The notes below the pieces were generated by a model. That model did not search any database and was not told where the DNA came from. It worked only from the letters and a program-made list of their open reading frames with translations. DNA of 64,000 bases, from contig OX597817.1 in the NCBI GenBank assembly GCA_951406725.2, forward strand, positions 79,856,001 to 79,920,000, in the 5' to 3' direction. This document shows positions 12,480-28,150 of this stretch, in pieces (within the stretch, counting starts at the first letter, position 1; each line of letters begins with the position of its first letter). A program made the position numbers and the translations under genes. The stretch comes from Octopus vulgaris. Its lineage: Eukaryota.

Positions 12480-12784
12480 CATCATCATCATCATCATCAT
12501 CATTATTATTGTTATTTATATTATCTTTACTCTTACTCATATTATTATATATGTACATATTTAGATATATGATGTATGTATATGCATGATCTATGCATGT
12601 ATATATATGATGTATGTATGTGTCTGTATATATATGCACACAGTCTTAGACAATATATACCACATTTATTGAAACGTACTCAGGGAGAGATAGTGAGACA
12701 AAATATCACAAACATATATTTGTCTAGCTCTCACTCACACATTCATATCTTTGTTTGTCTGTCTGTATCTCTCTTTCTCTCTGC

Positions 12785-12885
<101 letters not shown>

Positions 12886-13413
12886 TACACATACATATAT
12901 ATATATATGCACATATGTATATGCATGTATATACATATATGTATTTAAATATATATATATATATATCCCAGTATATGTATGCATGAATGCACGTATGAAC
13001 CTATATGCACAAACAGACACACATTAAATACACATAGCAAAACACAAAAATTACACAGGACATTCAAACAAGCTTTTAACATAAATTAATTTCTCTGAAA
13101 TAGTCAGAAAGCCATAGCTGAAAACTGAAAACAAAAATAGTTCTAATGCTCATTGACATACGTAACATGTCTAAGATATTTAATGTAATTTTTCTATTTC
13201 ATACATTAGATTCATTTTATTTCTATCTAACATTATATATAATACCATATAATTTTGAGAGAAGAGACATGAAGCTGTGTAACAGTAAAGATTTTAAAAC
13301 ACAAATGTAGTTCTTTGATGGAATCAGTATTCACTAACCGCAATGGGACACCTTGTGCATTATTTAAAACATAATTTAAATCCATATATATATATATATA
13401 TATATATATGCAG

Positions 13414-13492
<79 letters not shown>

Positions 13493-13674
13493 TGATGATG
13501 TATAAATCTACATATATGCATTCACACCCATACAGTTACATGTAGCCATATGTATATTTATATATACGTATATATATATTTCATATGTACATATATCCAA
13601 GCATACATACATATTTGATATCATCATAGATGTACATGTATAAATGTATGAATATATGTGTGTGCATATGTGTG

Positions 13675-13716
<42 letters not shown>

Positions 13717-13849
13717 GACACACACATACACGCACACACATGCACACACATATGCACACACACATACATACACACACTTACAAATATTTGTGTATACACT
13801 CATTTATATGGGAGTGTTACCTGAGTATGTATGTATTTCTAATTGTGTA

Positions 13850-13929
<80 letters not shown>

Positions 13930-13938
13930 GTGTGCATG

Positions 13939-14004
<66 letters not shown>

Positions 14005-14531
14005 GAAAATGGAAAATAGAAAATAAAGAGGACAACAGACATCAGACAGACAAAGACTGAGAAAGAGGAAGACATAGAAAGAGAAAATAAGAGAAAGAGT
14101 GATAGAAAGCAAGAGAGAGAGAGAAAGAGAATCAAAGACAATGAGTGGAAAATGAATTTATGGAAATATGTGAAGCAGGAACTTGATAAGTTATGCATGG
14201 GGAATAAACCTGGAGACAATAACATTTTTGGTAACATATGAAATGAGCATGTCGATGATGATGATGATGATGATGATGACAACATTTTTGAGGAAAGGGT
14301 GAGAACTAGTTGATTATGTTGACCCTAGTATTTGATTGGTACCTCATATTATTGACTATAGATGAATGAAAAGCAAAGTTCATCTTAGAGTTATTTGTAC
14401 TCAGCAAATTAAGGACTAAAACATGTCTCAGAAGCCATTTTGTCGAGGCTCTGTCAACTTTGCAAGCACAATATTAAAAAAAGCTCTATTTATTTGTCTT
14501 TATAATAATAACAATAATAATAATAATAATG

Positions 14532-14573
<42 letters not shown>

Positions 14574-14641
14574 GCACAGACCCAAGGCACACAGAGCTGT
14601 GTTCTGTAATGAAGTGAAAGCACACTATAAAAATAAAACTA

Positions 14642-14697
<56 letters not shown>

Positions 14698-14711
14698 TGA
14701 TAATAATAATA

Positions 14712-14756
<45 letters not shown>

Positions 14757-14758
<2 letters not shown>

Positions 14759-15416
14759 AAACCAAATTGTTAGTGGGTGTTGTAAGCTCACACAACGCCA
14801 ATACAAAAGGAGACCTGACAATGTGGCCAGATATATCCACTGGCTGTTGTGCAGTAAAGCAAACCTTGAGAGAGCTAAACAATGGTATGAACACAAGCCA
14901 GAGGGAGTAATGGAAAATGAACATTACAAAATACTCTGGGATTTTAACATACAGTGCAACCAAGTTACAGAGGCAAGACGGCCAGATATTGTGATCATCC
15001 ATGAAAATGAAAAAGAAACAAAGATAATAGATATTGCAAAGTTAATAGATGTTGCAATACCAGGTGATTTGAGGGTGAAATGTAAGGAAACAGAAAAGAG
15101 TTAGAAATACCAGCCACTGCAGGACAAGATAGGTAAGTTATGGAGCATGAGGAAAGTAATGATGATACCAGAGGTAACTGGAGCATTAGGAGCAGTTTCC
15201 AAGAGCTTTGAAAAACATATTAAGAATATTGAAGCTGCTGACAGGCTTGCAGTGATCCAGAAGACAGCATTGTTGGGTGCAGTTCGCATTCTAAGGAGAG
15301 CAATGTCTCTTTGAGTCACAGGAGAAGGTACTTATTGAAGCCTTTGATAATTTGTTATTGCCTACTTTCAAGTAAAAAAACAAACAGAAATCAGGAACTA
15401 ACCAGGAGTCTTTCAG
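14757..15416 (+). pseudogene. 3' end of a restriction-like-endonuclease LINE (R4/Dong-like)
   Basis: IVSGC..L....YKRR.DNVA..IHW.LC, WYEH.P, ILWDF.IQ, RRPDIV, IIDVAIPGD, TGALG. Flanked by (TAA)n on both sides. Confidence 0.88.
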
Positions 15417-15769
15417 AATAATAATAATAATAATAATAATGATAATAATAATAATAATAATAAATCGGCATTACTTTGAACTGTATGCATATTGCGTAAA
15501 ATACTGTGAGAGGTCCTTGTTGAGACTTGAAAGACAGTATAAACCCCCGGTAGACACAACATCTTCATTCAACAACATCATGATATTGGATAGTGTGCGA
15601 CATCTTATAGAAGAAGAAGAAGAAGAAGAAGAAGAAGAAGAAGAAGAATGACCATGATGATGATGATACAAATAATAATAATCTGAAGAAAGGGTGGAAG
15701 AGATTTAATCAGTTGCCAGGACTGTATTTAAGTGGAGGAAAACAGCCTAGGGTGATATATAAAAAAAAG

Positions 15770-16212
15770 GTCTTGAAGCCCATGTTGAAACACACAAAGA
15801 AGGCTGGCATCATCTACACCGGCCCCCGTGCCGGTGGCATGTAAAAAGCACCATCCGTTCATGGCCATTGCCAGCGCTGCCCCGACTGGCCTCCGTGCTG
15901 GCGGCACATAAAAGCACCATCCATTCGTGTCCATTGCCAGCCTCGCCTGGCCCCCGTGCCGGTGGCACGTAAAAGCACCATCCGTTCATGGCCGTTTGCC
16001 AGCACCGTCTGGCACCTGTGCGAGTGGCACATAAAAAGCACCCACTACACTCGCGGAGTGGTTGGTGTTAGGAAGGGCATCCAGCCGTAGAAACACCACC
16101 AGATCAGACTGGGCCTGATGCAGCCTTCTAGCTTCACAGACCCCAGTTGAACCGTCCAACCCATGCTAGCATGGAAAACGGACGCTAAATGATGATGATG
16201 ATGATGATGATG
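15770..16212 (+). mobile_element. Family C SINE with internal tandem GGTGGCACGTAAAAAGCACC units
   Basis: Four ~60-bp internal units followed by the GGAAGGGCATCCAGC body and a (GAT)n tail. Confidence 0.82.
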
Positions 16213-16677
16213 AAAGAAAAATTTAAACAAGAAACGAACAAAAAAAAATAAAAACACATGGAAAGAAAAGAAAATGTAGTCAGTTTGCAAAAGATTTGAC
16301 TACCAAGACAGATACAGAGGACCGGTGGCTATGAATGAGGAGGTGTGACCTGAAGAGAGAGACAAAAGCACTCATATGCGCAGCTTAAGAACAAGCCCTG
16401 TTTTGCTGGGTATGATGAAAAGTGTGTGTGTGTGCATATGTATATATGAACTAAGAAAGAAAGAAAGAGATGAAGAGAGAAAAAATATTAAATTACATTT
16501 AACAAGAAATGTAATATAAATATTTACAAAATGTTATAGAATGAAATGATATCTCTTTTCTTCACCATGACCATTCATCTTGGCCCCAATCCAATTTTCA
16601 GAGGTGAAGAAGATCCTGAAATTAAAACTAAAATGCAATTTAAATCCCTAGTAAATTCACAGAGGAATATATATATA

Positions 16678-16890
16678 AATGTGACCGTGTGTGTACCGTT
16701 GGCGATTTTTTTTCCTCTGTCTTCCCTTCTCTGGATCTTTCATTCTCCTATGTTTCCGACGAAGAGCTCCGCTCGAAACGTTAAACCCTCCTTCTTTCCT
16801 TCTTTCCTGAGCGTCCAATGATACTATATTTGTTCCACGTCCTCGCGTTGTGTGTATTTTTGTGCTTTCTTGTTTGGATTAACTATTTAC
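16678..16890 (+). mobile_element. Penelope-type pseudo-LTR fragment with minimal hammerhead (16752-16786)
   Basis: GTTT-CCGACGA-A-GAGC-TCC-GCTC-GAAA-CG-TT-AAAC, ending at (TA)n. Near-identical copy at 63572-63772 (-). Confidence 0.75.
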
Positions 16891-17171
16891 ATATATATAT
16901 ATATATATACCGATATTATTTTAAAATATTAAGCATTACTTGGATATTAAGCATGAATTTGGAGTGTGAATGAAATTATATTAAGGGGTCTTTTGAGGGA
17001 TTTCTTCATGCTTATTTACCTTTTTTCATTGTTAGTATACTTAAAAAAGTTTTCTTTCAGAGTCTGTCATCATTCTCACAAGCAGCAAATACATATGCAA
17101 ACACGCACACACACATACACACATATATGTACATTTCTATTTACAAACCCATAGACACTAACACATGTGTT

Positions 17172-17212
<41 letters not shown>

Positions 17213-17231
17213 CTGAATATACATATATATG

Positions 17232-17500
17232 TGGTCTGATCACTTTAATATCTAGACTGTTGCTGTAGTAACAAAGCTAAAGCATGCAGAGTAAAGTCAC
17301 TTGGCACACTTTGATCTTGACTTCTGCTGTGCATGCGCACTAAGTTTTAACATTCTAGCTCATTTCTGCTGTTTACAGCAGTGCTTGGAAGGAATGTATG
17401 TAGTGTGCAATCGTCACATTGTCCATGACAGAGAAAGTTGAGCAGAGAATCGACATCAAATTTTGCTAAAAGCTTGGCAATACCTGCTCAGAGGCCTATT
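17232..17500 (+). mobile_element. mariner element 5' end
   Basis: TIR-like GGTCTGATCA and transposase start MTEKVEQRI.IKFC. Same family as 35246. Confidence 0.75.
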
Positions 17501-17931
17501 TTTTTGTTTTTGTTTTTTGTGGTGCTTTTTTTTGTTGTTTTTGTACTGAATAATAAAACTGTAATAAATAGAGAGTAGAATTTGTGATCTACATTAGAGC
17601 AAGGTGTAAAATATGAGGTTCAGCTACAATAACAATGTACAGGTATTATTGACGCTGAGAGGTATACTAATAATGTCATTACAATATGTGAAGAAGACGA
17701 ATGCATATATATATATGCATATATTACCCTCACTGAATAGTACATTACATATACACATACATATATACATGACAGGAAAAAATAACATTTGTTTATGTGG
17801 TATAGAATATACATGTATATATAATATATGAGTGTGTGAGTATGTGAATTTGTGTGTATGTTTATAAGTCTGGTCTGACTTATATATAGCACATATATTG
17901 ACAAATATATATATACATATATTTTATATAC

Positions 17932-17969
<38 letters not shown>

Positions 17970-17974
<5 letters not shown>

Positions 17975-18150
17975 GAATTTACAAACAAAACAAAAGACAA
18001 AGACGGGGGTGTAAACAACAAACAGATATATTAGTCTAATGTTCAGGAAGTGAGAAAGTCTTTTACATTTCAAGCCTATGCTCTTTGACAGAAAGGAACA
18101 CAGAAATAAGCAGGTAGAGAAGATTGAAAAAGGTTTAGTGGCTAGCGATC
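17970..18150 (-). mobile_element. Penelope pseudo-LTR fragment with decayed hammerhead (18059-18096)
   Basis: Homologous to 62000-62200 (CTGTCAAAGAGCATAGGCTTGAAATGTAAAAGAC), in (TA)n. Confidence 0.7.
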
Positions 18151-18282
18151 TATATGTGTGTGTATATATATATATATATATATGTATGAATGTATTTATA
18201 CATTTATATATATATGTGTGTATATGTATATACATATATATATATACATACATATGTGTGCATATGTATGTGTATATGTATG

Positions 18283-18319
<37 letters not shown>

Positions 18320-18807
18320 CTATATACATATAGATGAAAGTACTTTATATGAGTGTGTATATTTCAACATAAATGCATATTGAATTTAATAATAAGCAAG
18401 ATTAAAATTGGCATATGACATCATTGTTATTTCAACCGTAATAAAATACTTTTTTTGATAGAGAACATGTATAGTGTCACACAAACACACATTTACACAT
18501 GTTCCCATTCACAATCGCCTAAAAGCTTTTAAGCATTTACATGTATGCATATACCCAAACATATATACACAAAGACATATACACTCAAACACATATATAT
18601 ATATATAAAACAATATGTAACATATACGTACATATGTATGTATATATAAATATATATGTTTGTTTAAATAGTTGTGAGTGTATGTTGTGTGTGTGTGTAT
18701 GTATGTGTGTGTGTATGTGTATGTTTTTTTCGGTGTTTAATTATTTAAATTCTTCCTTCGAATAAGAAGGCGATATGTATGTATGCTTGTATTTAAAGCC
18801 ATTCATT

Positions 18808-18843
<36 letters not shown>

Positions 18844-18863
18844 GTGTTAGTGTTATATATGCA

Positions 18864-18895
<32 letters not shown>

Positions 18896-18944
18896 GTGTT
18901 TAGAGTGATCACTACATATATATATATATACACATATATATATA

Positions 18945-19506
18945 GTGTTTGGTGTGATCACTAGTAATGGCAACGTTATGCCTCCATTCAGCTTTCCACA
19001 CACCCTTCAACTCAATGCGGAGGGCTACATCAAATGCCTGAAGGAGGTAGTGCTGCCCTTGGTCAAGAGGGTGGCTGCTGGAAGACCCTATGTCTGGCAG
19101 CAGGACTTCGCACCATGTCACACAAGCAAGAGAACCCAGTCATGGCTGTCAAACAATTTTTGGCCACCTATTTTCCCAGACTGTAACCCCCTTGATTATT
19201 ATGTGTGGGGCATAGTTGAGTGGGAGACCAACAAAACTTCTTGTAACTCCAAAGATAAACTGAAGGCAAGGATTATGGCAGCATTCACCAGCATAAACAA
19301 GGAGGCTGGCCAGAAGAATTGCAGGAGATTGTGAGGTCGTCTGGAGGCCATGGTTGAAGCCAATGGCAATTTTATTGAATAAATTTACTCTTTAGCATTT
19401 CAAGGTGTTTTCATCTAATTTTAATAAATATATATGTTAAAATGAGATGTAAGTGTTATTCTAGTTTTTGCATAATTTAGACGACAGTTTATTCACTGCA
19501 CCCTGT
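18945..19506 (+). pseudogene. Tc1/mariner superfamily maT (DD37D-type) transposase C-terminal fragment with right TIR
   Basis: YVWQQD.APCHTS..TQ.WL and WPP..PDCNPLDYYVWG. Ends CACCCTG-TA. Confidence 0.85.
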
Positions 19507-19526
19507 ATGTGTGTATGTGTGTGTGG

Positions 19527-19566
<40 letters not shown>

Positions 19567-19740
19567 CAGTGAGTGTGTGAATTTCCATCTGCTCTTTTAT
19601 CAAGCTTGTTTAATTTTTGAAACTGATACATATATATACATACATATATATATAGAGAGAGAGAGAATGAGAGACAGACAGAGACAGAAAGAGAGAGTTA
19701 TAGATATATATATATATACATTATACATGTATATATATAT

Positions 19741-19796
<56 letters not shown>

Positions 19797-20247
19797 ATTT
19801 ATGTATGTATGTATGTATGTATGTATGTATGCATATATTCTTGCACACATACATGTATGTGTACATTATTGGGCATGTCTTTGTGTCTTTATCTCACAGC
19901 CTTGCAGCTCATGCTGGTTTGCATATGTCTCCATAAAATAGGAGTCTTTCAAAACGGAATAGTAGGCTTTAAAATTAGTCCTGATGCTAATTCAGTTCAG
20001 TCATATCCCAGGAAGGCCACAGTTGAATTATTGCAATCATCACGGAGAGTAAATTAGTAATTTAATATACATATATATTTGTATATTAATGCATGTTTAT
20101 GTGTGTGTGTGAGTGTATTTATATGTATACAAATACATATATATATGTACACACACACACATATACATATATATTATGTAATTTTAACATTCAAGGATCT
20201 AGGTATAGGAAGTTTGTTTCTTTACCTACTCCATTCCTTAAATTTGG

Positions 20248-20287
<40 letters not shown>

Positions 20288-21657
20288 TTAAAATAATAAG
20301 GGGCAAAAATTGAATATTAATTTGATTGATATCAATTTAAAACCAGTGGTCTAGCATACAGAGAAATCTGAAGATTCATAAAAAATTATATTACATACAT
20401 ATAAGTGGGATGACCATTTAGTGGTCATCACTCTTATATGTATGTAATATATATATATATATGAGATGTAATAATGAAGTAAAACAAAGTAGTGATATTT
20501 TGAAATCATTTAATATGTACATTTCAGGTTTCCATAATATATAATAGGAAATGCATCTATTACGTAAACTTTCCTCAGTTAAAGCATATTACGATATATA
20601 TACATATACATGTGTGGGTGTGTGTGTGTGTGTGTGTGTACTTATACATATATATATATATATATATGTGTTTGTGTGTATATCAAGTGTATATATTTAT
20701 ATGTAGATGTGTATGAGTGGATGAGGATATAACTATCTGTGTGTAGAAGTGCTTTTAATTTTTGCCTCCGAATATTGAATTTTAAAATATATTTCAATTT
20801 TGTTCTTTTTATACTTTCACCTTTCATTAATACTAACATATGTTTGTTTGATTTCATTATATTTTCCCCAAGTTAAAAATGTGTGCTCAAATATGCACGA
20901 TTACAGAGAAGTGGGAAACTTTCTTGAGAAAGTGAAGACATCACTTAAAAGAATTGTGACAGATGCTAACAAATAGGATTACCAGAAGCATGTTAGAAAA
21001 GGTGAAGGGAGAGTTAGAGAAAGAAAGAGACAGACAAGCAGACTGAGTCAGGGTATAGGAGGGCAAAGAGGTACACAGACAAGAAAAGAGACAGAGTGCT
21101 TCAATGTGTGTTCATGTAACTAAAATTATGGATATGGGAATTTCTATATGGGAAAGAGATGGTGTTGGAGAAGAGAAGAAATGCTATGATTATCTTCATG
21201 CCAAAGGACGAATTTCCATGACATGATGACAATATGAGATTTGGAAGAAATCATTTATTACGTCCTGAACTTGTTATCTACTTTCCTTCATTTTGAAGAG
21301 AAATACTGATGTACATGTATTTTTCTAAATATAAATAAATATGTCCATTTATGAATAAGAGAATTTATTACATACATAAATACACACAGACACATGCATA
21401 CACACATATATATATATATATGCAGGCATATAAGTATATGCATATATATTCACATATAGTCATACTTATTTTACATGTATATTTAAATTGATGTTTATGT
21501 ATATGTATATATGTGTATTTAGCTATGCCTGTATTTATATATATACATATATATATTCATAGCTACAGATATTTATGTATATATGTGTGTATGTGTGTTT
21601 GTAGATAGTTTTACTAGCAGATTTTTTAATATATATATATTTATATATATGTGTGTG

Positions 21658-21763
<106 letters not shown>

Positions 21764-21825
21764 TAGATAGTCAGATAGATATACACTCATATATATATAC
21801 ATGCAAGTGTATGTATGTGTGTGTG

Positions 21826-21869
<44 letters not shown>

Positions 21870-22236
21870 CCCACTCATGTATTCATGCGTGTTTGTGTGT
21901 TACATAGAATTGAAGAAAAAGTATAATTCAATATTTTCATATATCACACACCTTACATTAATAAACTTCTCCCTCTCCATTTAAACATAATACCATATGA
22001 TATAGATTCATCACTTACCATGCAGCTATGCTCTCAATATATTAAATAATTTATGGTGAGATGTATCACAGAGTAAGATGTAACCTCATGATAAATTAAT
22101 AATAGCATTTTATTTAAATTTTGAAATGACTTCTCTTGTTTCATTCATTCACAATATCTACTGCACTTGCTGAAGACTCACACACATAATCTTGATATGC
22201 ATATACAGAAAGACCTATATACACATATATATAAGC

Positions 22237-22267
<31 letters not shown>

Positions 22268-22519
22268 TGTATGTATGTATGTATGTATGTATGTATGTAT
22301 GTATGTATGTATGTATGTATGTATGTATGTATGTATGTATGTATGTATGTGTATATATATGTGTGTACATGTATTCATGTTTGTATGTATACATATATAT
22401 ATCAATACATACACACATGCATGCATTGATGCATACATATATACATGCATATATATGTGTGTGTGTGCGTATTTATATTTATATATATATCTTTTGTTTT
22501 TATACATATATTTTTGTAC

Positions 22520-22567
<48 letters not shown>

Positions 22568-22943
22568 GTATGTATGCATGTATGTATGTATATATACATA
22601 TATATATACATATAAATGTATATACATATACATGCATACAAAGTACATACATACAAAAATATATGTATAAAAGATAAAAGATAAATAATATATATTTATA
22701 GATATAAACATATAAACACACACGTGTACGTATATGCTTGAAACATAGAACAACAACCCTCTTCTTTCACCGAGCATCATATTAATATATTGCTTCTCCT
22801 ATGTCCTCACATCTATTTTTTCTATTTCTTTTTCTTCACTGCTTTTTTGAATTGACTATACATATACATATATGTATATATATACACACTCACACACACA
22901 TCATATATATATATATGTTATACACATATATATATATATATAC

Positions 22944-22985
<42 letters not shown>

Positions 22986-23011
22986 TTATATATATATATA
23001 TATATATAATG

Positions 23012-23046
<35 letters not shown>

Positions 23047-23453
23047 ACCTAGTCCTTTTTAGTTAAACCATAAAGACCCTATGACAAAAAAAAAAAGTTG
23101 CATATATATATTGAGAGTTTCCTAAAAAAGGGCACTTTTAAGAAGATCTTTATAAAGGCTTCTTTAATTTCATGATTTAATTTCTGCTTCATAATTCTCA
23201 TATCCTTTTAATGCCAGAAATATAAGGTAAGAATTTATGAAATGCAAAGGTTTGTGATAAAAGAATAAATGTGGCGAAAAAATAGCTTAGCATTTTTGGC
23301 TAGCACTTAGATGTACTAAAATCACGATAGGGCTTCGTATATTTTTTGCCAATAATATTTATACACACATATATATACATATATATGTTTGTATGCATAT
23401 CTATGTATATGTGTGTATGTATACATTTATATATATACATCTACACCCACATG

Positions 23454-23490
<37 letters not shown>

Positions 23491-23534
23491 ATAAATATAT
23501 ATATATATCAATAAATATATATATATACATACAT

Positions 23535-23569
<35 letters not shown>

Positions 23570-23584
23570 GACATATATATCCAA

Positions 23585-23730
23585 GGTATGGCTGCATGGT
23601 AAGAACTTGGCTTCCCAACCATACGGTTTCAAGTTCAGTTCCCTTGGGCAAGTGTTTTTATAATAGCCTAAGCCAACAAAAACCTTATAAATAGAATTTG
23701 TAGATGGAAACTGAAAGAAGCCCATCATAT
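23585..23730 (+). mobile_element. Family B SINE head
   Basis: GGCTGCATGGTAAG..CTTGGGCAAGTG..GGAAACTGAAAGAAGCCC. Confidence 0.78.
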
Positions 23731-24033
23731 ATACGTATATATATTTACATACACACACACACATATGTGCATTTGCATGCGTGGAGATACATATGTGTGT
23801 ATGTGTGCGTATATATATATATATATATATACATAAATATATATATAATTGTTAATTATATATATATCAGAAATCTGAAATGTCTCCATAACTACTGTCT
23901 CGGCTATAACCTTGGTGCCCTAGTAATCCTTTACCCCACATACCTAGCGTACCTAATCGTTTAGATCACCTTTGAATTAAACTCCCATATTTTGTGTGTG
24001 TGTGTATATATACATAGATATAGATATAGATAT

Positions 24034-24090
<57 letters not shown>

Positions 24091-24799
24091 TATATATGTG
24101 CATATATGTATGTATGTATGTATGTAGATATAAACTGAAGCATTATAACAGTGTTATTGCAATTAAATTTGTAAATAGTGTTACAACAGAATGTTTGCAA
24201 AATATACATTTAGGCTCAATGTGAAAATAGATTAAGCAGCAGTCTTCTCAGCATTCCAGTATAAATATTGGCTCTTCCAGCTTCAGATTTCCTTAAAGCT
24301 GTATAGGGAATCCTTTACATTATCCCAGCTGGTTGAATGGATACTATGTGAAGTACTTTTGGAAGATGTTAGAATGCTTAAGTGATATTTAATCTTAATA
24401 AGTAGGGAAAATATCAGCATCATTCAGATCTTGTGTATATAAAGTAGAATACCAACCAGCATGGTTCAGTTATGTTTTATTCATATGATTAATAAACATA
24501 TTAAAACTCACAGGAAAGCAGTTCCCTATCTCCCATCTTGGAACCAGTCTGGTTGAAGTTCTCTCTCCTATTATATCAATCCCCAATTATTTAACTCTGC
24601 ATCTTCCATTCCATTGTCAATGCTACAAAGATTTGTTAACAAGTTTACAGACTTTATGAACAAATATCTGCACTATATCCTTAAGGTGTGATGGCCAGGC
24701 AAAATTTCAAACAGAAGTCTGTGGGATAGAACGAATCAAACTCCCAAAATTCAAAGAATTTCAAAAAGGAAATGCGGTTGAATCAATTAAATTCTAAGA

Positions 24800-24990
24800 A
24801 GACCTCCAAGCAGCATTGCAAGAGAATAGTTAAACAGGCACCCTAAAGGAAAGAGAACAATTGAACAACCTAAGAAGACTTGAAAGGATGTGTGGAGGAT
24901 TGGTCTCTCTTGATCTGAAATCAAGGAGATAGCCCAGGATCGCACTGAATGGGATCTTGATCACAGTTTTATGCTCCTTATGGAGTAATG
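24800..24990 (+). mobile_element. Decayed RTE-type LINE 3' fragment
   Basis: P.GKR....PKKT(W) and IAQDR..W..LCS-like remnants. Confidence 0.4.
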
Positions 24991-25084
24991 TGTACTAGTT
25001 ATGATATATAGGGTTTATCAATGAATATGTAAATTAGATACCCTGGAATAAACCTGTGTTGCCATTTGGCAAAACATAGCCTCC

Positions 25085-25655
25085 ACTTTATTTCACATTG
25101 CTCCAGTTCACTCAGCTGGCAAAAATGAGTTGTACCTGTATTTCAAGGTGCCAGCCTTGTCACACTCTGTGTCACACTGAATCTCCTTGAGAACTACGCT
25201 AGGGATACACATGTCTGTGGATTGCTCAGTCACTTGCACGTTAATTTCATGAGCAGGCTATTCCGTTGATTGTATCAACTGGGACCCTCATCATCGTAAC
25301 CGACGGAGTGCTCCTATATATATATATAGCCTCCGCCCCTCTTAAAAGTTTTTGTCTTGCAAGTACTTGGTGACCCTGTCAGTGCAGGTGCTGCTTAAAA
25401 GTACCCAGTCCACACTGTAAAATGGTTGTTGTTCAGAAGAGCATCCAGCTGCAAAATCCTTGCCTGTGCTTGTGTCACATAAAAAGGACTAAGTCCACTC
25501 TGCTGTATGGTTGGTGTTAGGAAAGGCTTCCAGCTGTGAAAATCCTGCGAAAACAATCACAGAAGTCCGATGCAGGCTTCGGCCTTGTCATTTCTTGTGG
25601 TACTATCCTACCCATGCTAGCATGGAACACATGTGTTAAATGATGATGATGATGA
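25085..25655 (+). mobile_element. Adjacent family D SINE body (25085-25312) and family C SINE (25350-25655)
   Basis: Similarity to 41070-41370 and to the family C tail ending (GAT)n. Confidence 0.75.
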
Positions 25656-25810
25656 TACTCAAATATACATATACACACTCACATACAGACACATAGATAA
25701 CTTAGATAACTAAGATGGGTTTGGGTTATTATTGGTCTAGTTTCAGCTTCACTTAATAATATATACACACATGCACAACTACATACATATGTTTATGCAT
25801 ACATTCATAA

Positions 25811-25841
<31 letters not shown>

Positions 25842-25857
25842 CATGCATGTATGTATG

Positions 25858-25903
<46 letters not shown>

Positions 25904-26008
25904 CATATATATATATATAGATAAAACTTACTTGGAAAAGGATGCATGGCATTCGATCATATAATAATATAAATAATATATAAATATATATTTATATATT
26001 ATTTATAT

Positions 26009-26071
<63 letters not shown>

Positions 26072-28025
26072 ATCATATGAAACCAGTTAGACATAAAGCC
26101 AATTGAAACTTGGTATATGAATTTAATAGTCCAATGAAAGCATGACAAACTTCTTATTAATATTGTAACTTAACAATAGACTCTGAAGAACCCAAAGTAA
26201 CACTCACATATTTAACAATGTTTAAGATGTATATATGCCTATACATGTGCACGCACGTGTGTGCAAATGTGTGAACATGTGTATGTGTATACATGGAAGT
26301 ATATGGGAGTATATGGGAGTGTTTGTATTCCTCTTTAATTAGTTGTTATAAGAATGGCTGACCAATAGTTTTATAATGGTATCTGGATAACTTTGGAATA
26401 TTTTTGTTGAGTGCTGAATAATCTCCAGTTGTTATTTTCTTTCTTTCTTTCTTTCTCTCTGTCTGTCTACCTTTCATTCCCTCTTTCTGTTTTTCTTTCT
26501 TTTTACCTTTCTTTCTGAGGCAGTGGTAGAACTCTAAAAATATCGTTATTCATTATCCCATATCATTAAGATTAGTAGTACAGAAAAGAATCTTTAAAAC
26601 AAACCAACAAACACAATAAACAAAATTATAAAAAAAAAGAAATCTTTTTTGCACATAACCAAATCCTTTATTAGTTCTCTAGAGTTTATAGTGTCTGCTA
26701 GGTTTTCACCAGCAAAACCATTGCCTTGCTTCACGAATATTTTGACAAAAATGTGTTTCATATTATTATCATTATTAACATTTTATTATTATTGTTGTTT
26801 TGTTTTTGTTGTTTTGTTGTTGTTTTTATCATTAATATTATTATTATTATTTATTATCATTACCATCATCATTATCATCAACATCATCCTCATTATTATT
26901 ATCATTATTATATTGTATTCTTTATTTTTTTATATATATAAAATATGATACCAAAAGGAAAAGCAATATGGAATCGTACTAAATGATGCAATTAAAAAAA
27001 AAAAGAAAAGGAAAACGAGTTTATGAACCTATTTCTCGCAGAAGCTTATGTTTACAGTTTAGAAATTCTGAAGGAAAGCAAAAATAGAAATTAAATTGGA
27101 AGATTTGTATAATAACTGCAAGGTCAAGTACGACTGCACTAGAGAGAGAAAATTATTGAGGATTTTATGCTAAAGGATCAAGTAATGAAACTGAGGGAGA
27201 GAAAGAGAGGGAGACAGACAAACAGGCAGACAGACAGAGAAAGAGAGCTGGAGACTGGGAGACAGAGAGAATTACACTTAAACTAATACAATATTATGTT
27301 GAAATGGATAATAATGAAGTTGGTTTTTACTAGCAGGTTGTTAATTTAATATGCTTATGTCAACTTGAGTCTAAATTGCTAACTTTAAAAAATGAAAAAC
27401 ATATATCTAAGCTTTAAATTAATTGTTCGAAACAGCTCTTAAAAATTCTTTTGTCTCTCAAATCCAGACATTTGATTCTAGTTGAGGGAATATAAAGAAT
27501 GTTTTGCCTAGATTTGTGTATAGATGTCCACCTTCTAATGGTTTGAGAGGAGCTGACCAGTCAGGAGAAGAATTTCCATAAGTAGATAATGAAATATATA
27601 CTATAACTGTTTGATATATTGTGTTTAATAAATTATACTTCCTCTTCCATATTTGTCACTCAACAGATATGGGCTATGGACAGTTGACCATGTAGCATAT
27701 ACATGAATATCATGTATACACAAAGAACTTGTCTAATACATCCAAGTGAAGACCAAAAGCCACATGGAACTGTCCTTATCTTCAAAACTAAGTGCAAGTC
27801 CTTTTTTCTAAAGACCTGTTAATTCAACTGAGAAATTCTTACTTCTCATTAAAAGGCGCTAGCAATTATCTACAGATTTTCTTGTTCTTTCTCTATGTGA
27901 GAGGAGAATTTTTATACCTTAAGAAGTCACGATATATGACATTTAGCACACTTTTCATTGACATTGTTATTCAAGTCCATGCCACTAACCCCTTTGGATT
28001 ATTTTCTCTTAGCTCCTTTTCACAG

Positions 28026-28079
<54 letters not shown>

Positions 28080-28096
28080 CTCTCCCCTTCACTGTT

Positions 28097-28149
<53 letters not shown>

Positions 28150-28150
<1 letters not shown>

